A stretch of 64,000 nucleotides of DNA, taken from assembly GCA_016181175.1 (NCBI GenBank), contig JACOZV010000001.1, positions 4,643 through 68,642 on the forward strand, read 5' to 3'. Positions within the stretch are counted from its first letter, which is position 1. Every line of letters begins with the position of its first letter. This document shows positions 9,612-18,217 of the stretch, piece by piece. The notes under the pieces were generated by a model, which made no database searches, had not been told where the DNA came from, and was given only the letters and a program-made list of their open reading frames with translations. This DNA is from Candidatus Yanofskybacteria bacterium (GTDB taxonomy: Bacteria > Patescibacteriota > Minisyncoccia > 2-02-FULL-40-12 > IGHO2-01-FULL-4-A). The translations under genes and the position numbers were made by a program.

Positions 9612-10595
9612 TTGATGTCGTTAAAATTAAAAATTTCTTTGGGAATTCTTCTGCTAATCGCCGGATTTTTGCTTGTTCGCATAGGTTTGTTTTTTAAGCA
9701 TAGCGTTCAAACAGCGACAACAGCAAATATAAACCGGCAAGTCGCTGGAGTTAATATTTTTGACCCTTCAAACATAGATTCTGACAACGACGGTATTCCT
9801 GACAATCTTGAAGCCTATTATCGAACCGACCCATTTAACCCCGACACTGACGGCGATGGTTACTTGGATGGCGAAGAAATAGTTTCAGGTTTTAGTCCGA
9901 TTAAACAAGAAATTGCCAGCGAACGTAATAAAAATACCAATATCACCGTTTCCTTTACCAACCATGTTATGGAAGGTTTGTACGTCGGGGATTTGAGCCC
10001 GAAGAAATTGGGAGAAGAAAAATTCGCAAAAAACATAGACAACCTTACTTTGGCAACAATAGATGACGCCGCCAGATCGTTAAACCCGCCAATTGTGACA
10101 GAATACGGGTTGGCCGTAATTTCAGAGTCCAAGCAAAACCAAAACGAATACATAAACAATGTTGATTCTTTATTGGAGGGTCCGTTCCTCAATTCATTTA
10201 TGCAACAACCCTACATATTAAGCCGGGCTGCAAATTTCATGACTACAAGCAACAACTCCGAAGCCGCAGAAATCTTCAAAAATCTTTCGCTTTCTTACTC
10301 AAGCGCCTACAATCGGCTTTTGGCGGTATCGGTACCCAAAAATTGGGTTCCATTCCATTCCCGTCTTCTCCAACTTTTCCAAAAATTTTCGCTTAACTAT
10401 CTGGCTTTAACAAAGGCACCAGAAGATCCGCTTCTAGCTATGACCGCCTTACAAGATTTACAAAATAACTTTATAGAAATTGATTCGTCGTTAATTCAAG
10501 AGCTTAAAATTTTAATACAAACACAGGATTTACAGATACCCAACACTCCCTTGTTTAGCATTTTAGACCTTTTGAGTACACAGAAAAACCAATAA
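9612..10595 (+). CDS. membrane-anchored secreted protein with Asp-rich calcium-binding-type repeats
   Basis: N-terminal TM helix; DSDNDGIPD and DTDGDGYLDGEE repeats of thrombospondin type 3 / EF-hand-like D-x-D-x-D-G form. Confidence 0.4.
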   Translation: MMSLKLKISLGILLLIAGFLLVRIGLFFKHSVQTATTANINRQVAGVNIFDPSNIDSDNDGIPDNLEAYYRTDPFNPDTDGDGYLDGEEIVSGFSPIKQEIASERNKNTNITVSFTNHVMEGLYVGDLSPKKLGEEKFAKNIDNLTLATIDDAARSLNPPIVTEYGLAVISESKQNQNEYINNVDSLLEGPFLNSFMQQPYILSRAANFMTTSNNSEAAEIFKNLSLSYSSAYNRLLAVSVPKNWVPFHSRLLQLFQKFSLNYLALTKAPEDPLLAMTALQDLQNNFIEIDSSLIQELKILIQTQDLQIPNTPLFSILDLLSTQKNQ

Positions 10596-11746
10596 TGGTC
10601 AACCGTCACACAAAAGCAATACTTAGCATAATACTAATCGGTTTCTTGGTTTTATACCCGGCACAAATAGCACGCTCAGCCGGCGCCATCGTTTACGTCC
10701 TCAAGGAATTCACCTTGGACGTTGTTGCCAGAGTGCTTGCCAGAACATTTTTGGGAAGGATGGATAATGCAATTACCGAATTCATAAGCAAGAATGGCCG
10801 AGACGACGCCCCCAATTTTATACAAAACTGGCGTGATTTTCTTGCCAACGCACAATACAGAGGGGAGGACGCAACAAGGGCAATAATCGGAGATGCTATA
10901 GACGCCGGCTCGGGCACTATTTGCCAATATTTGAGAAATCCTCTCGGCGCCGCTTTCGGGGCAAGCAAAATAGATGGTTTCAATCCTTCTTTATACAGAA
11001 TTGACTCTCTTCAATACTACAAACTGCGCAACAGATGCACTCTGCCAGCCGGTTTCAATATTGACGCTTTCAGAAACGACTTCGCCGGCGGAGGCGGCTG
11101 GACAGCTTGGAACCAGTTGATTCAACCGCAAAATAACGTATGGGGAGTGGTCAGTGACACACTAAACGAACTGACGAGCCAAAGAGTTTTTGAAGAAAAA
11201 ACCGATCAGGGTGAAGCTAATTCCGGAGGTGGCTTCACATCAAAAAGAAGCGGTGACAAGGGCTGTGTTTTGAGAGGCCTTAATACGACCTGCTTAATAC
11301 TTGGCGAGGTATTGACTCCGGCTGACATGTTTAAAGAAACTGCCGGCAAAATGAATTCGGCTGAATTTAATTGGCTGACAAGTTCCGATGAATTAAGCGA
11401 GGTCATCGCTTTCGCGGCATCGTGGGTTACGGACAGGTTGTCCAATCTTGCCGGAGCATCCACGCCTGATAATTTTACCCCGGACACGGCGAGAGGCACC
11501 GCGCTCCAAGAAAAAGCCAGACAGGACTGTATCAAAGCAGGAGAAAATACTTGCACGCAAAAAGCTAAAAAACTGGATTGTGACGCATCGGCCAGCGGGG
11601 GAGACGGCGGAAGCGGCGGAAGTGAAGATTCTGCGGGCAGTGGCGGCAGTGGCGGTTCAGCAAATGTAAATTGCGTAGAGGTAATTGATCAGGGAATTTA
11701 CAACTCATGCATGGCGGAGGTTAACAATAACTGCACTATCCAATAA
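10595..11746 (+). CDS. secreted Cys-containing hypothetical protein with a Gly/Ser-rich linker
   Basis: N-terminal hydrophobic signal or anchor; several Cys pairs; GGDGGSGGSEDSAGSGGSGGS low-complexity linker. Confidence 0.4.
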   Translation: MVNRHTKAILSIILIGFLVLYPAQIARSAGAIVYVLKEFTLDVVARVLARTFLGRMDNAITEFISKNGRDDAPNFIQNWRDFLANAQYRGEDATRAIIGDAIDAGSGTICQYLRNPLGAAFGASKIDGFNPSLYRIDSLQYYKLRNRCTLPAGFNIDAFRNDFAGGGGWTAWNQLIQPQNNVWGVVSDTLNELTSQRVFEEKTDQGEANSGGGFTSKRSGDKGCVLRGLNTTCLILGEVLTPADMFKETAGKMNSAEFNWLTSSDELSEVIAFAASWVTDRLSNLAGASTPDNFTPDTARGTALQEKARQDCIKAGENTCTQKAKKLDCDASASGGDGGSGGSEDSAGSGGSGGSANVNCVEVIDQGIYNSCMAEVNNNCTIQ

Positions 11747-11750
11747 TTAA

Positions 11751-13970
11751 ATGCTTAACAAGAAGTATAAAAAGCTTTACGTAATACTGGCGGTAATCAT
11801 AATACTTGCGGTTTTTGTTCCACAACATGAAGTAAAAGCAGTTTCTCTCTGTCCTGCCGTTTTTAGGGATTGTGTTATCGGTGTGCAGGAATGGATGATG
11901 GAGTTGGTAGGTAAAGCGATCGGTTGGGCTGCCAACTTACTGGATGTTTTTTTACAAAATCAGCCAATAAGCGGAGTTTTTGTTGTTGATCAAGGCTGGA
12001 CTACTGTCAGAAACTTTGTAAATTTGTTTTTTATTCTTGCTTTGATTATCATGGCTTTCGGCACGATTTTTGATATTAAAAAATATACCTGGCGAGATAT
12101 GCTTCCCGGATTTATAATCGCCGCTCTGCTTGTAAATTTTAGTCTTGCTATCGGCCAATATATTGCTGGGGTTGCCAATGGACTAAGTGGTGTTTTTTTG
12201 AGGGAAATTGGCCAAACTTCGGTTAACGCCGCCCAGGGTTCGGGTATACAAAAACTAGCAACAACTATTCCTACCGGGGTTAATTTGCTCGGCGGCACGG
12301 CCAGTGTAGCAATTAGCGGCATTTTTGCTCTAATTTTTTTAATTATTGTTTTTCTTGCATTTTTATCTGTCGCAATTTTTTCGATAGTTAGACTTGTTGC
12401 AATTTGGTTTCTTCTTATTATCTCCCCGATTGCTTGGCTGGGTTATGCCTTGCCTAATCTTAGAAGTCAAACGGCCAATTGGTGGAAACATTTTTTGTGT
12501 TGGTGTTTTTTTCTTCCTTATTACCTGTTTTTTATGACATTCGCGGTAATATTCGTCAGGAATAAAAACCAAATAGGTGCGTTACTTCCTACTACTTCTG
12601 GTGGTCCTATTCGTGAAATTTTCGGAAGTCCCGGTGCTATCAATGATTTTCTTTTTTATATTTTAAGCCTTATTTTTCTAGTGGGTGGATTAGCTTTAGC
12701 AATGAAACTGGCTTGCGCAAGCGGGACTTATGTAAGATCGGCTTTCGGGGTAATAGAATCAAGGGTGCGTAAATACGCCCCCGGGGCGGCATATGTCAGG
12801 GGAGCTAAAGAGGGACTGAAGGAACGTGTGGCAGAAATCCAAGAAAAAGGAATGCTTGGTATCGGTGGCGCCCAGCGTGCTCGCATACAGGAAGCTACGG
12901 CAAAAGGCTGGATCGCCGGCATACCAGGTAAGGTACCGGGCGCAACAGAAGAAGCTTCTAGAGCCAAGGTGGCAGAAGTAGATAAGGAAATAAAACGCTT
13001 GCAATTGCTTAATCTCACCCTAGACCAATTAAATATCCGCCTTAAAAAAGCCGGTGGCCCAGAAAAAATAGCTGCGCTAAAACTCAAAGCAGAAAATGGC
13101 TGGCTAGAAGCAGGTGACTTGGGTGAAATAAATAAAACAATAAGAGAAGCTGGTGGTGGCAGAAACGCTTTGGGCGCTTCGATTATCCAGTCCTTGAAAA
13201 AAGGCAAGTTCCATGAAATGGCGCAAACTACGGCTCAAAAAGAATTCATATTTAACAACCTGGAAGATGTTGGCGTAAAGAAGGAATTTGGCCTAAACAT
13301 GGCAGAAAGTAGAGAAATCATGAATGAAACTATTGCCAGACAACTACTGGAACTCTACTCTGGAGATATGAAAGAAGTCCAAGATAAAGTTGCAGAAACT
13401 GTCAAGAAAAATATTGACAACTTTGCCAAAGATAAGTCAGCCAGAGAAGCTATGGTAACCAGGGTAATAACGCCCACCACCACAAGGGCTGAAAAGAAAA
13501 TTATGGAATTGGCGGCAAAAACTATGGTTGAAAAGAAAGAGGTTAACAGCTGGAGCACCAGAAGGTCTATTTTGCAATTAACTGGCGGCATAGACCCAAC
13601 TACCGGCGATGCACTGACAGTAGAAGGCAGGACCCTGGCAAAAGAAATCAAAGACAACAACACCCTCTTCAAGGAAGAAATGGATTACAGAGCTTCACAT
13701 GGCATCTTGCCAGCCGTTGACCTAACACCGGCTCAACGAACTGATGTACAACGTCAGATAGAAACAAATATATCAAACGGCTTGATCCGCGGGTTAAGCG
13801 CCGAAGAAATGAAGACCCCAGAAATTTTCAACTCCATCAATTCTATAATGCCTAATATTCCAACCGCTAAACAAGCCAAATTCAAGCAAGAATTGTTGGG
13901 CAAAGGCGCTGACAGAAGGAAAAGAGAAGCATTTGATAAAGCCGCATTGGGTCCACCCATACCTTATTAA
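11751..13970 (+). CDS. VirB6/TrbL-like polytopic membrane protein with a long hydrophilic C-terminal tail
   Basis: Signal-like N-terminus, about 6 TM segments across residues 90-320, then roughly 400 aa of charged coiled-coil-like tail. Assignment rests on topology and position upstream of VirB3/VirB4-like genes only. Confidence 0.4.
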   Translation: MLNKKYKKLYVILAVIIILAVFVPQHEVKAVSLCPAVFRDCVIGVQEWMMELVGKAIGWAANLLDVFLQNQPISGVFVVDQGWTTVRNFVNLFFILALIIMAFGTIFDIKKYTWRDMLPGFIIAALLVNFSLAIGQYIAGVANGLSGVFLREIGQTSVNAAQGSGIQKLATTIPTGVNLLGGTASVAISGIFALIFLIIVFLAFLSVAIFSIVRLVAIWFLLIISPIAWLGYALPNLRSQTANWWKHFLCWCFFLPYYLFFMTFAVIFVRNKNQIGALLPTTSGGPIREIFGSPGAINDFLFYILSLIFLVGGLALAMKLACASGTYVRSAFGVIESRVRKYAPGAAYVRGAKEGLKERVAEIQEKGMLGIGGAQRARIQEATAKGWIAGIPGKVPGATEEASRAKVAEVDKEIKRLQLLNLTLDQLNIRLKKAGGPEKIAALKLKAENGWLEAGDLGEINKTIREAGGGRNALGASIIQSLKKGKFHEMAQTTAQKEFIFNNLEDVGVKKEFGLNMAESREIMNETIARQLLELYSGDMKEVQDKVAETVKKNIDNFAKDKSAREAMVTRVITPTTTRAEKKIMELAAKTMVEKKEVNSWSTRRSILQLTGGIDPTTGDALTVEGRTLAKEIKDNNTLFKEEMDYRASHGILPAVDLTPAQRTDVQRQIETNISNGLIRGLSAEEMKTPEIFNSINSIMPNIPTAKQAKFKQELLGKGADRRKREAFDKAALGPPIPY

Positions 13971-14476
13971 TGGAGTACAATTCGTTAAAACTTAGTCCTT
14001 ATTCAGTTGATGGTATGCAAACTCCTGGTTTTAATTATGGCTTATTCCAAGACAAACTGGATAACTTACCGACTAATTTAGTTGATTTTCTGCTGGATTC
14101 TTCTGTACCGGATTTCATTATGAATTTGACCCAAAAACATGTTCAATTAAGTATACGTGGTCCTGACATTGCTAGACTGATACGTGATATAGTAATAGGA
14201 GATGTCTTTGTGGGAGATATGCCACAGGAATTATCCAGGCGGTTAGGAACTGATCTGGCAACTTCCAGAGAAATAGCTAATCAAATTGCCTCTCAACTTT
14301 TTACACCGATTCTTGAAGATATTAAAAAAGTACAAATGGTAAAATTTCCGGGTAAATTGCCGGCAAAACCCGTTTCGCAACCAGCTCCCCAAGTTAAACC
14401 TACGGAGACACACTATCAAGGCGAAGAATTACCAGAATCAGGTGGTAATATTATAGATTTGCGAAGCAAGTCATAG
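13970..14476 (+). CDS. hypothetical protein
   Basis: ORF shares ATGA start/stop overlap with the upstream gene; no recognisable motif. Confidence 0.35.
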   Translation: MEYNSLKLSPYSVDGMQTPGFNYGLFQDKLDNLPTNLVDFLLDSSVPDFIMNLTQKHVQLSIRGPDIARLIRDIVIGDVFVGDMPQELSRRLGTDLATSREIANQIASQLFTPILEDIKKVQMVKFPGKLPAKPVSQPAPQVKPTETHYQGEELPESGGNIIDLRSKS

Positions 14477-14508
14477 GTTATAGGTTATAGCTGATAGGTA
14501 ATAGCTTA
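14474..14508. repeat. left inverted-repeat block flanking the four-helix-bundle gene
   Basis: GGTTATAGG...AGGTAATAGCTTA; its reverse-complement blocks recur at 14919-14948. Confidence 0.6.
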
Positions 14509-14552
14509 AAAAATGAGTTCTAGAAATAGGAGGCTAGGACGCAAAATAAAAA

Positions 14553-14918
14553 GTGGATAAAATTCATTCGTATAGAGACTTAGTGGTATGGCAAAAGTCC
14601 ATTGAACTAGTGATAGAAATATATGAACTAACGGATAAATTTCCAAAAGAAGAAATATACGGGCTAATTTCGCAATTAAGGAGAGCTGCCGTTTCAATTC
14701 CTTCTAATATCGCCGAGGGCAGGTATCGTGGGACAAGAAAAGATTTTAGGCAATTTCTTCTTAACGCTTACGGCTCTGGCGCTGAAGTTGAAACACAATT
14801 GGTTATTGCAAATAAATTGCCAAAAACAAAAAATTTAAATTATGCCAGAGCAAATAAAATTCTAAATGAAGTAATGCGAATGTTAAATTCACTAATCAAA
14901 AAATTGGAAAATTCATAA
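14553..14918 (+). CDS. four-helix-bundle protein of the 23S rRNA intervening-sequence (IVS) type
   Basis: WQKS..L....Y..T..FPKEE..GL.SQLRRAA.SI..NIAEG, typical of the TIGR02436 / S23-ribosomal-like family. Confidence 0.7.
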   Translation: MDKIHSYRDLVVWQKSIELVIEIYELTDKFPKEEIYGLISQLRRAAVSIPSNIAEGRYRGTRKDFRQFLLNAYGSGAEVETQLVIANKLPKTKNLNYARANKILNEVMRMLNSLIKKLENS

Positions 14919-14948
14919 CTATAACCTATTACCTATAAGCTATTACCT
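14919..14948. repeat. right inverted-repeat block (CTATAACC...TAAGCTATTACCT)
   Basis: Reverse complement of the blocks at 14474-14508. Confidence 0.6.
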
Positions 14949-14953
14949 GCATC

Positions 14954-15241
14954 ATGAGATTCCAAGTTCCACAATTCATAGAAACAGAAACCAAGATTGT
15001 CGGGCCTTTTACATTTAAGCAGTTTTTGTTTCTAGCAGTCGGGGCAGTAATAATTTTTATACTTCAATACATTATTAGTAATTTTACTTTTTTAATAGTT
15101 GCAAGTTTACCAATCGCCATGTTGTTTATTGCCTTGGCATTTTATCAGATAGACGGTATGCCATTACCGCAATATCTACTGACGGCATTATCATATTTGA
15201 CTGGACCCAAAAGGTACCAATTCCGCAAAAATAACGATTAG
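14954..15241 (+). CDS. VirB3-like small two-TM membrane protein
   Basis: 95 aa with two hydrophobic helices, directly upstream of VirB4; conserved arrangement in T4SS loci. Confidence 0.4.
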   Translation: MRFQVPQFIETETKIVGPFTFKQFLFLAVGAVIIFILQYIISNFTFLIVASLPIAMLFIALAFYQIDGMPLPQYLLTALSYLTGPKRYQFRKNND

Positions 15242-15252
15242 AAACCGAGATT

Positions 15253-15894
15253 ATGGCCACACCCCAAAAAAACCAATCTACTAGAGATTTTGTAGAAATC
15301 GCCGACGTTCGCGATAACATTGTTATTTTAAAAAATGGCTCTCTACGATCGGTAATTGAGGTCAACTCAATGAATTTTGAACTAAAATCCACCGACGAAC
15401 AAACGGCTATCATACAAGCTTTTCAAAATTTCTTAAATTCCATAGACTTTCCGCTTCAAATAGCAATAAATTCACGTAAACTAGATATAGGGCCTTATCT
15501 GAAATCACTTGATACCTTAACCCAAAGTATTTCCAGTGAATTATTAAAAATACAAGGCATAGAATATACACGATTCATCAAAGGACTGACCGAGCTTGCC
15601 AACATTATGTCCAAAAAATTTTATATTTCCGTCCCGCTTTATGTAACAGAAACAATAGGCAAGGGGGGGCAAAAAACTGGCATATTTGATGCTTTCAAAA
15701 GCATTGTCAGTCCTTCTAAATTTGTTAAAACACTAACGGACGAAGAATTGGCAAACTATAAAATACAGCTTGAACAAAGAATCCAATTTATAATGGGCGG
15801 CATCGGAGGCTTGGGCATAGAGGCGCGAGTGCTGAACAAAGAGGAACTAATGGGCCTTTATTACTCGTATTATAACCCCGGACATCACTTATAA
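15253..15894 (+). CDS. VirB4-like protein, N-terminal fragment (separated from the ATPase ORF by a -1 frame change and a stop)
   Basis: 213 aa ends at TAA 15892-15894; the next ORF's ATG is at 15897 in a different frame. Combined length of about 807 aa matches full-length VirB4. Confidence 0.45.
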   Translation: MATPQKNQSTRDFVEIADVRDNIVILKNGSLRSVIEVNSMNFELKSTDEQTAIIQAFQNFLNSIDFPLQIAINSRKLDIGPYLKSLDTLTQSISSELLKIQGIEYTRFIKGLTELANIMSKKFYISVPLYVTETIGKGGQKTGIFDAFKSIVSPSKFVKTLTDEELANYKIQLEQRIQFIMGGIGGLGIEARVLNKEELMGLYYSYYNPGHHL

Positions 15895-15896
15895 AT

Positions 15897-17681
15897 ATGG
15901 CCTTATTCGGTAAAAAACCACAACCAACCGTTCAGCCAATGGAACCGCCAGTAAAAACACTGGACGATTTACTAGCTCCGTCGGCCATAGATATTTCTTC
16001 TAATTATCTGCAAATAGGCGACACTTTTGCCCGCACGCTTTTCGTCGCAACTTACCCAAGATATCTAAATACCAATTGGTTCTCGCCGGTAGTTAATATG
16101 GACCGTCCTTTTGATGTTTCTGTTTTTGTGCATCCAGAAGATACTGCCCAGATGTTAAAACAACTGCGCGACCGTTTGGGACGGCTTCAGGCACAGGAAA
16201 TAGAGGAACAATCGTCCGGTAAAGTAAGGGACCCAGTGCTAGAAACGGCTATCGGCGATATTGAAACTCTGCGAGACAAACTTCAGCAAGGAACAGACAG
16301 GTTTTTTAAGTTGGGGGTATACATAACAATTTATGGCAACTCGCTGAAGGATCTCGATGACACAGAAAATAAAATCAAGTCAATTCTTGACGGCCAATTG
16401 GTTTATTCCAAACAGGCAACATTCAGAATGAAGGAGGGATTCTTTTCCACACTACCGCTTGATGACGACCAACTTCAAATACACAATTCACTGAATACCG
16501 AACCGATCTCCTCGCTTTTTCCTTTTGTATCCTACGATTTAACCACGGACAAAGGAATACTTTATGGAATAAATACCCACAATAATTCCCTTATTTTATT
16601 TGACAGGTTCAGCATGGAAAACGCCAACATGGTTATATTCGGCAAATCCGGCGGCGGTAAAAGCTATACGGTAAAACTGGAGATTTTAAGAAGTCTGATG
16701 TTTGGGACGCAAGTTTTTGTAATTGACCCGGAAAATGAATATAAATTTCTCGCCGATACTGTAGGCGGTACTTCAATTAAAATATCCATAGCTTCACCGC
16801 ACCATATCAATCCGTTTGATTTGCCCAAGCCATTGCCAGATGAAAGCCCCGCCGATGTCCTGCGCTCTCATGTAATAAATCTCATGGGACTTTTCAAGTT
16901 AATGCTTGGGGCGCTTTCTGCGGAGGAAGAGGCGATTTTGGACGAGGCCATCAACCAAACTTATGCGATTAAGGACATTACGCCGCAAACTGCTGATTTC
17001 AAAAATATAGTGCCTCCTTTGATGTCAGACTTCCAAAATATCCTTGAAAGTATGGCAGGCACTGAATCTTTGGCTATTAGGATCAAAAAATATACGGAAG
17101 GGACGTTCGCCGGTTTTCTGAACAATCCGACCAACGTTGAACTGGGCAATCAGCTGATAGTTTTTAGCATCCGCGACATGGAGGAGGAGCTACGCCCGAT
17201 AGCAATGTACCTCGTGCTCAATTTTATCTGGACGCAGGTTAGAACTGAATTAAAAAAGCGTATTTTGGCCGTAGACGAGGCGTGGGTACTGATGAAATAC
17301 GAGGCCGGAGCGGCATTCTTGTTCAACATAGCCAAACGTGCCCGCAAATATTATCTGGGTCTAACTACAATTTCCCAAGATATACCGGACTTTATGGCCT
17401 CTTCTTATGGCAAACCAATCGTGACTAATTCTTCACTGCAATTACTGTTAAAACAATCCCCGGCAGCAATTGACCTGGTAAAACAAACGTTCAACCTTAC
17501 TGACGCAGAAAAGTTTTATCTTTTGGAGTCACGAGTAGGTCACGGGCTGTTTTTTGCCGGAATTAATCATGTCGCGTTGCGAGTAGTGGCTTCTTACGCT
17601 GAAGATCAGATAATTACTTCCGACCCTAGACAGATATTGGAAATAGAAGAAGCCAAGAAAGAATTAGCTCAACAGAGTTGA
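15897..17681 (+). CDS. virB4: type IV secretion system ATPase VirB4/TrbE/CagE family (C-terminal ATPase portion)
   Basis: Walker A FGKSGGGKSYTV, IDPENEY, Walker B ILAVDEAW. Confidence 0.8.
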   Translation: MALFGKKPQPTVQPMEPPVKTLDDLLAPSAIDISSNYLQIGDTFARTLFVATYPRYLNTNWFSPVVNMDRPFDVSVFVHPEDTAQMLKQLRDRLGRLQAQEIEEQSSGKVRDPVLETAIGDIETLRDKLQQGTDRFFKLGVYITIYGNSLKDLDDTENKIKSILDGQLVYSKQATFRMKEGFFSTLPLDDDQLQIHNSLNTEPISSLFPFVSYDLTTDKGILYGINTHNNSLILFDRFSMENANMVIFGKSGGGKSYTVKLEILRSLMFGTQVFVIDPENEYKFLADTVGGTSIKISIASPHHINPFDLPKPLPDESPADVLRSHVINLMGLFKLMLGALSAEEEAILDEAINQTYAIKDITPQTADFKNIVPPLMSDFQNILESMAGTESLAIRIKKYTEGTFAGFLNNPTNVELGNQLIVFSIRDMEEELRPIAMYLVLNFIWTQVRTELKKRILAVDEAWVLMKYEAGAAFLFNIAKRARKYYLGLTTISQDIPDFMASSYGKPIVTNSSLQLLLKQSPAAIDLVKQTFNLTDAEKFYLLESRVGHGLFFAGINHVALRVVASYAEDQIITSDPRQILEIEEAKKELAQQS

Positions 17682-17775
17682 GCTAATTCTTTCAATTCCT
17701 AATTACTAATTACTAATTTTTAAATAAATCCCAATCCTTTAAATTCCAGTAACTAAATTGTTTAGAAATTAGAAA

Positions 17776-18204
17776 TTGCGTATGCCCGCTGACAACCAAT
17801 ACTATTACGACCTTGCAACAGACCGAGCCAGCTATCAAAAACTGCGCGAAGAAGATTTGGCGCGCCAACAAGCAGAAGAAGAACAGAATCAAGAACGGAT
17901 GGGTTGGGGAACATTTCTGGTTGCATTGGTTTTAAGCTTAATTGCCGATGCAGTTGAGCTTATTACGATAGGAACGCTTGGTTGGTTCGTCGGATTCGTC
18001 GTTGACCTTATATTGATGACAATGTTAGGATTTTCAAGAGCAGGACGAAAACAATGGAAAAAGTGGATATGGGGACCTATAATAGAGAAGGTGCCGATAC
18101 TTGCCGCAATTCCGTTTTTCCGCGCCACATTTCTGACATGGGCATTTATTTCCTCACGTAGTCCCATACTGCAACAACTAAGCAAAGCAGCTTCGCCTAA
18201 GTAA
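17776..18204 (+). CDS. small membrane protein, hypothetical
   Basis: Acidic N-terminus, then 3 hydrophobic segments. Confidence 0.35.
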   Translation: MRMPADNQYYYDLATDRASYQKLREEDLARQQAEEEQNQERMGWGTFLVALVLSLIADAVELITIGTLGWFVGFVVDLILMTMLGFSRAGRKQWKKWIWGPIIEKVPILAAIPFFRATFLTWAFISSRSPILQQLSKAASPK

Positions 18205-18217
18205 GCTAAAATAAAAA

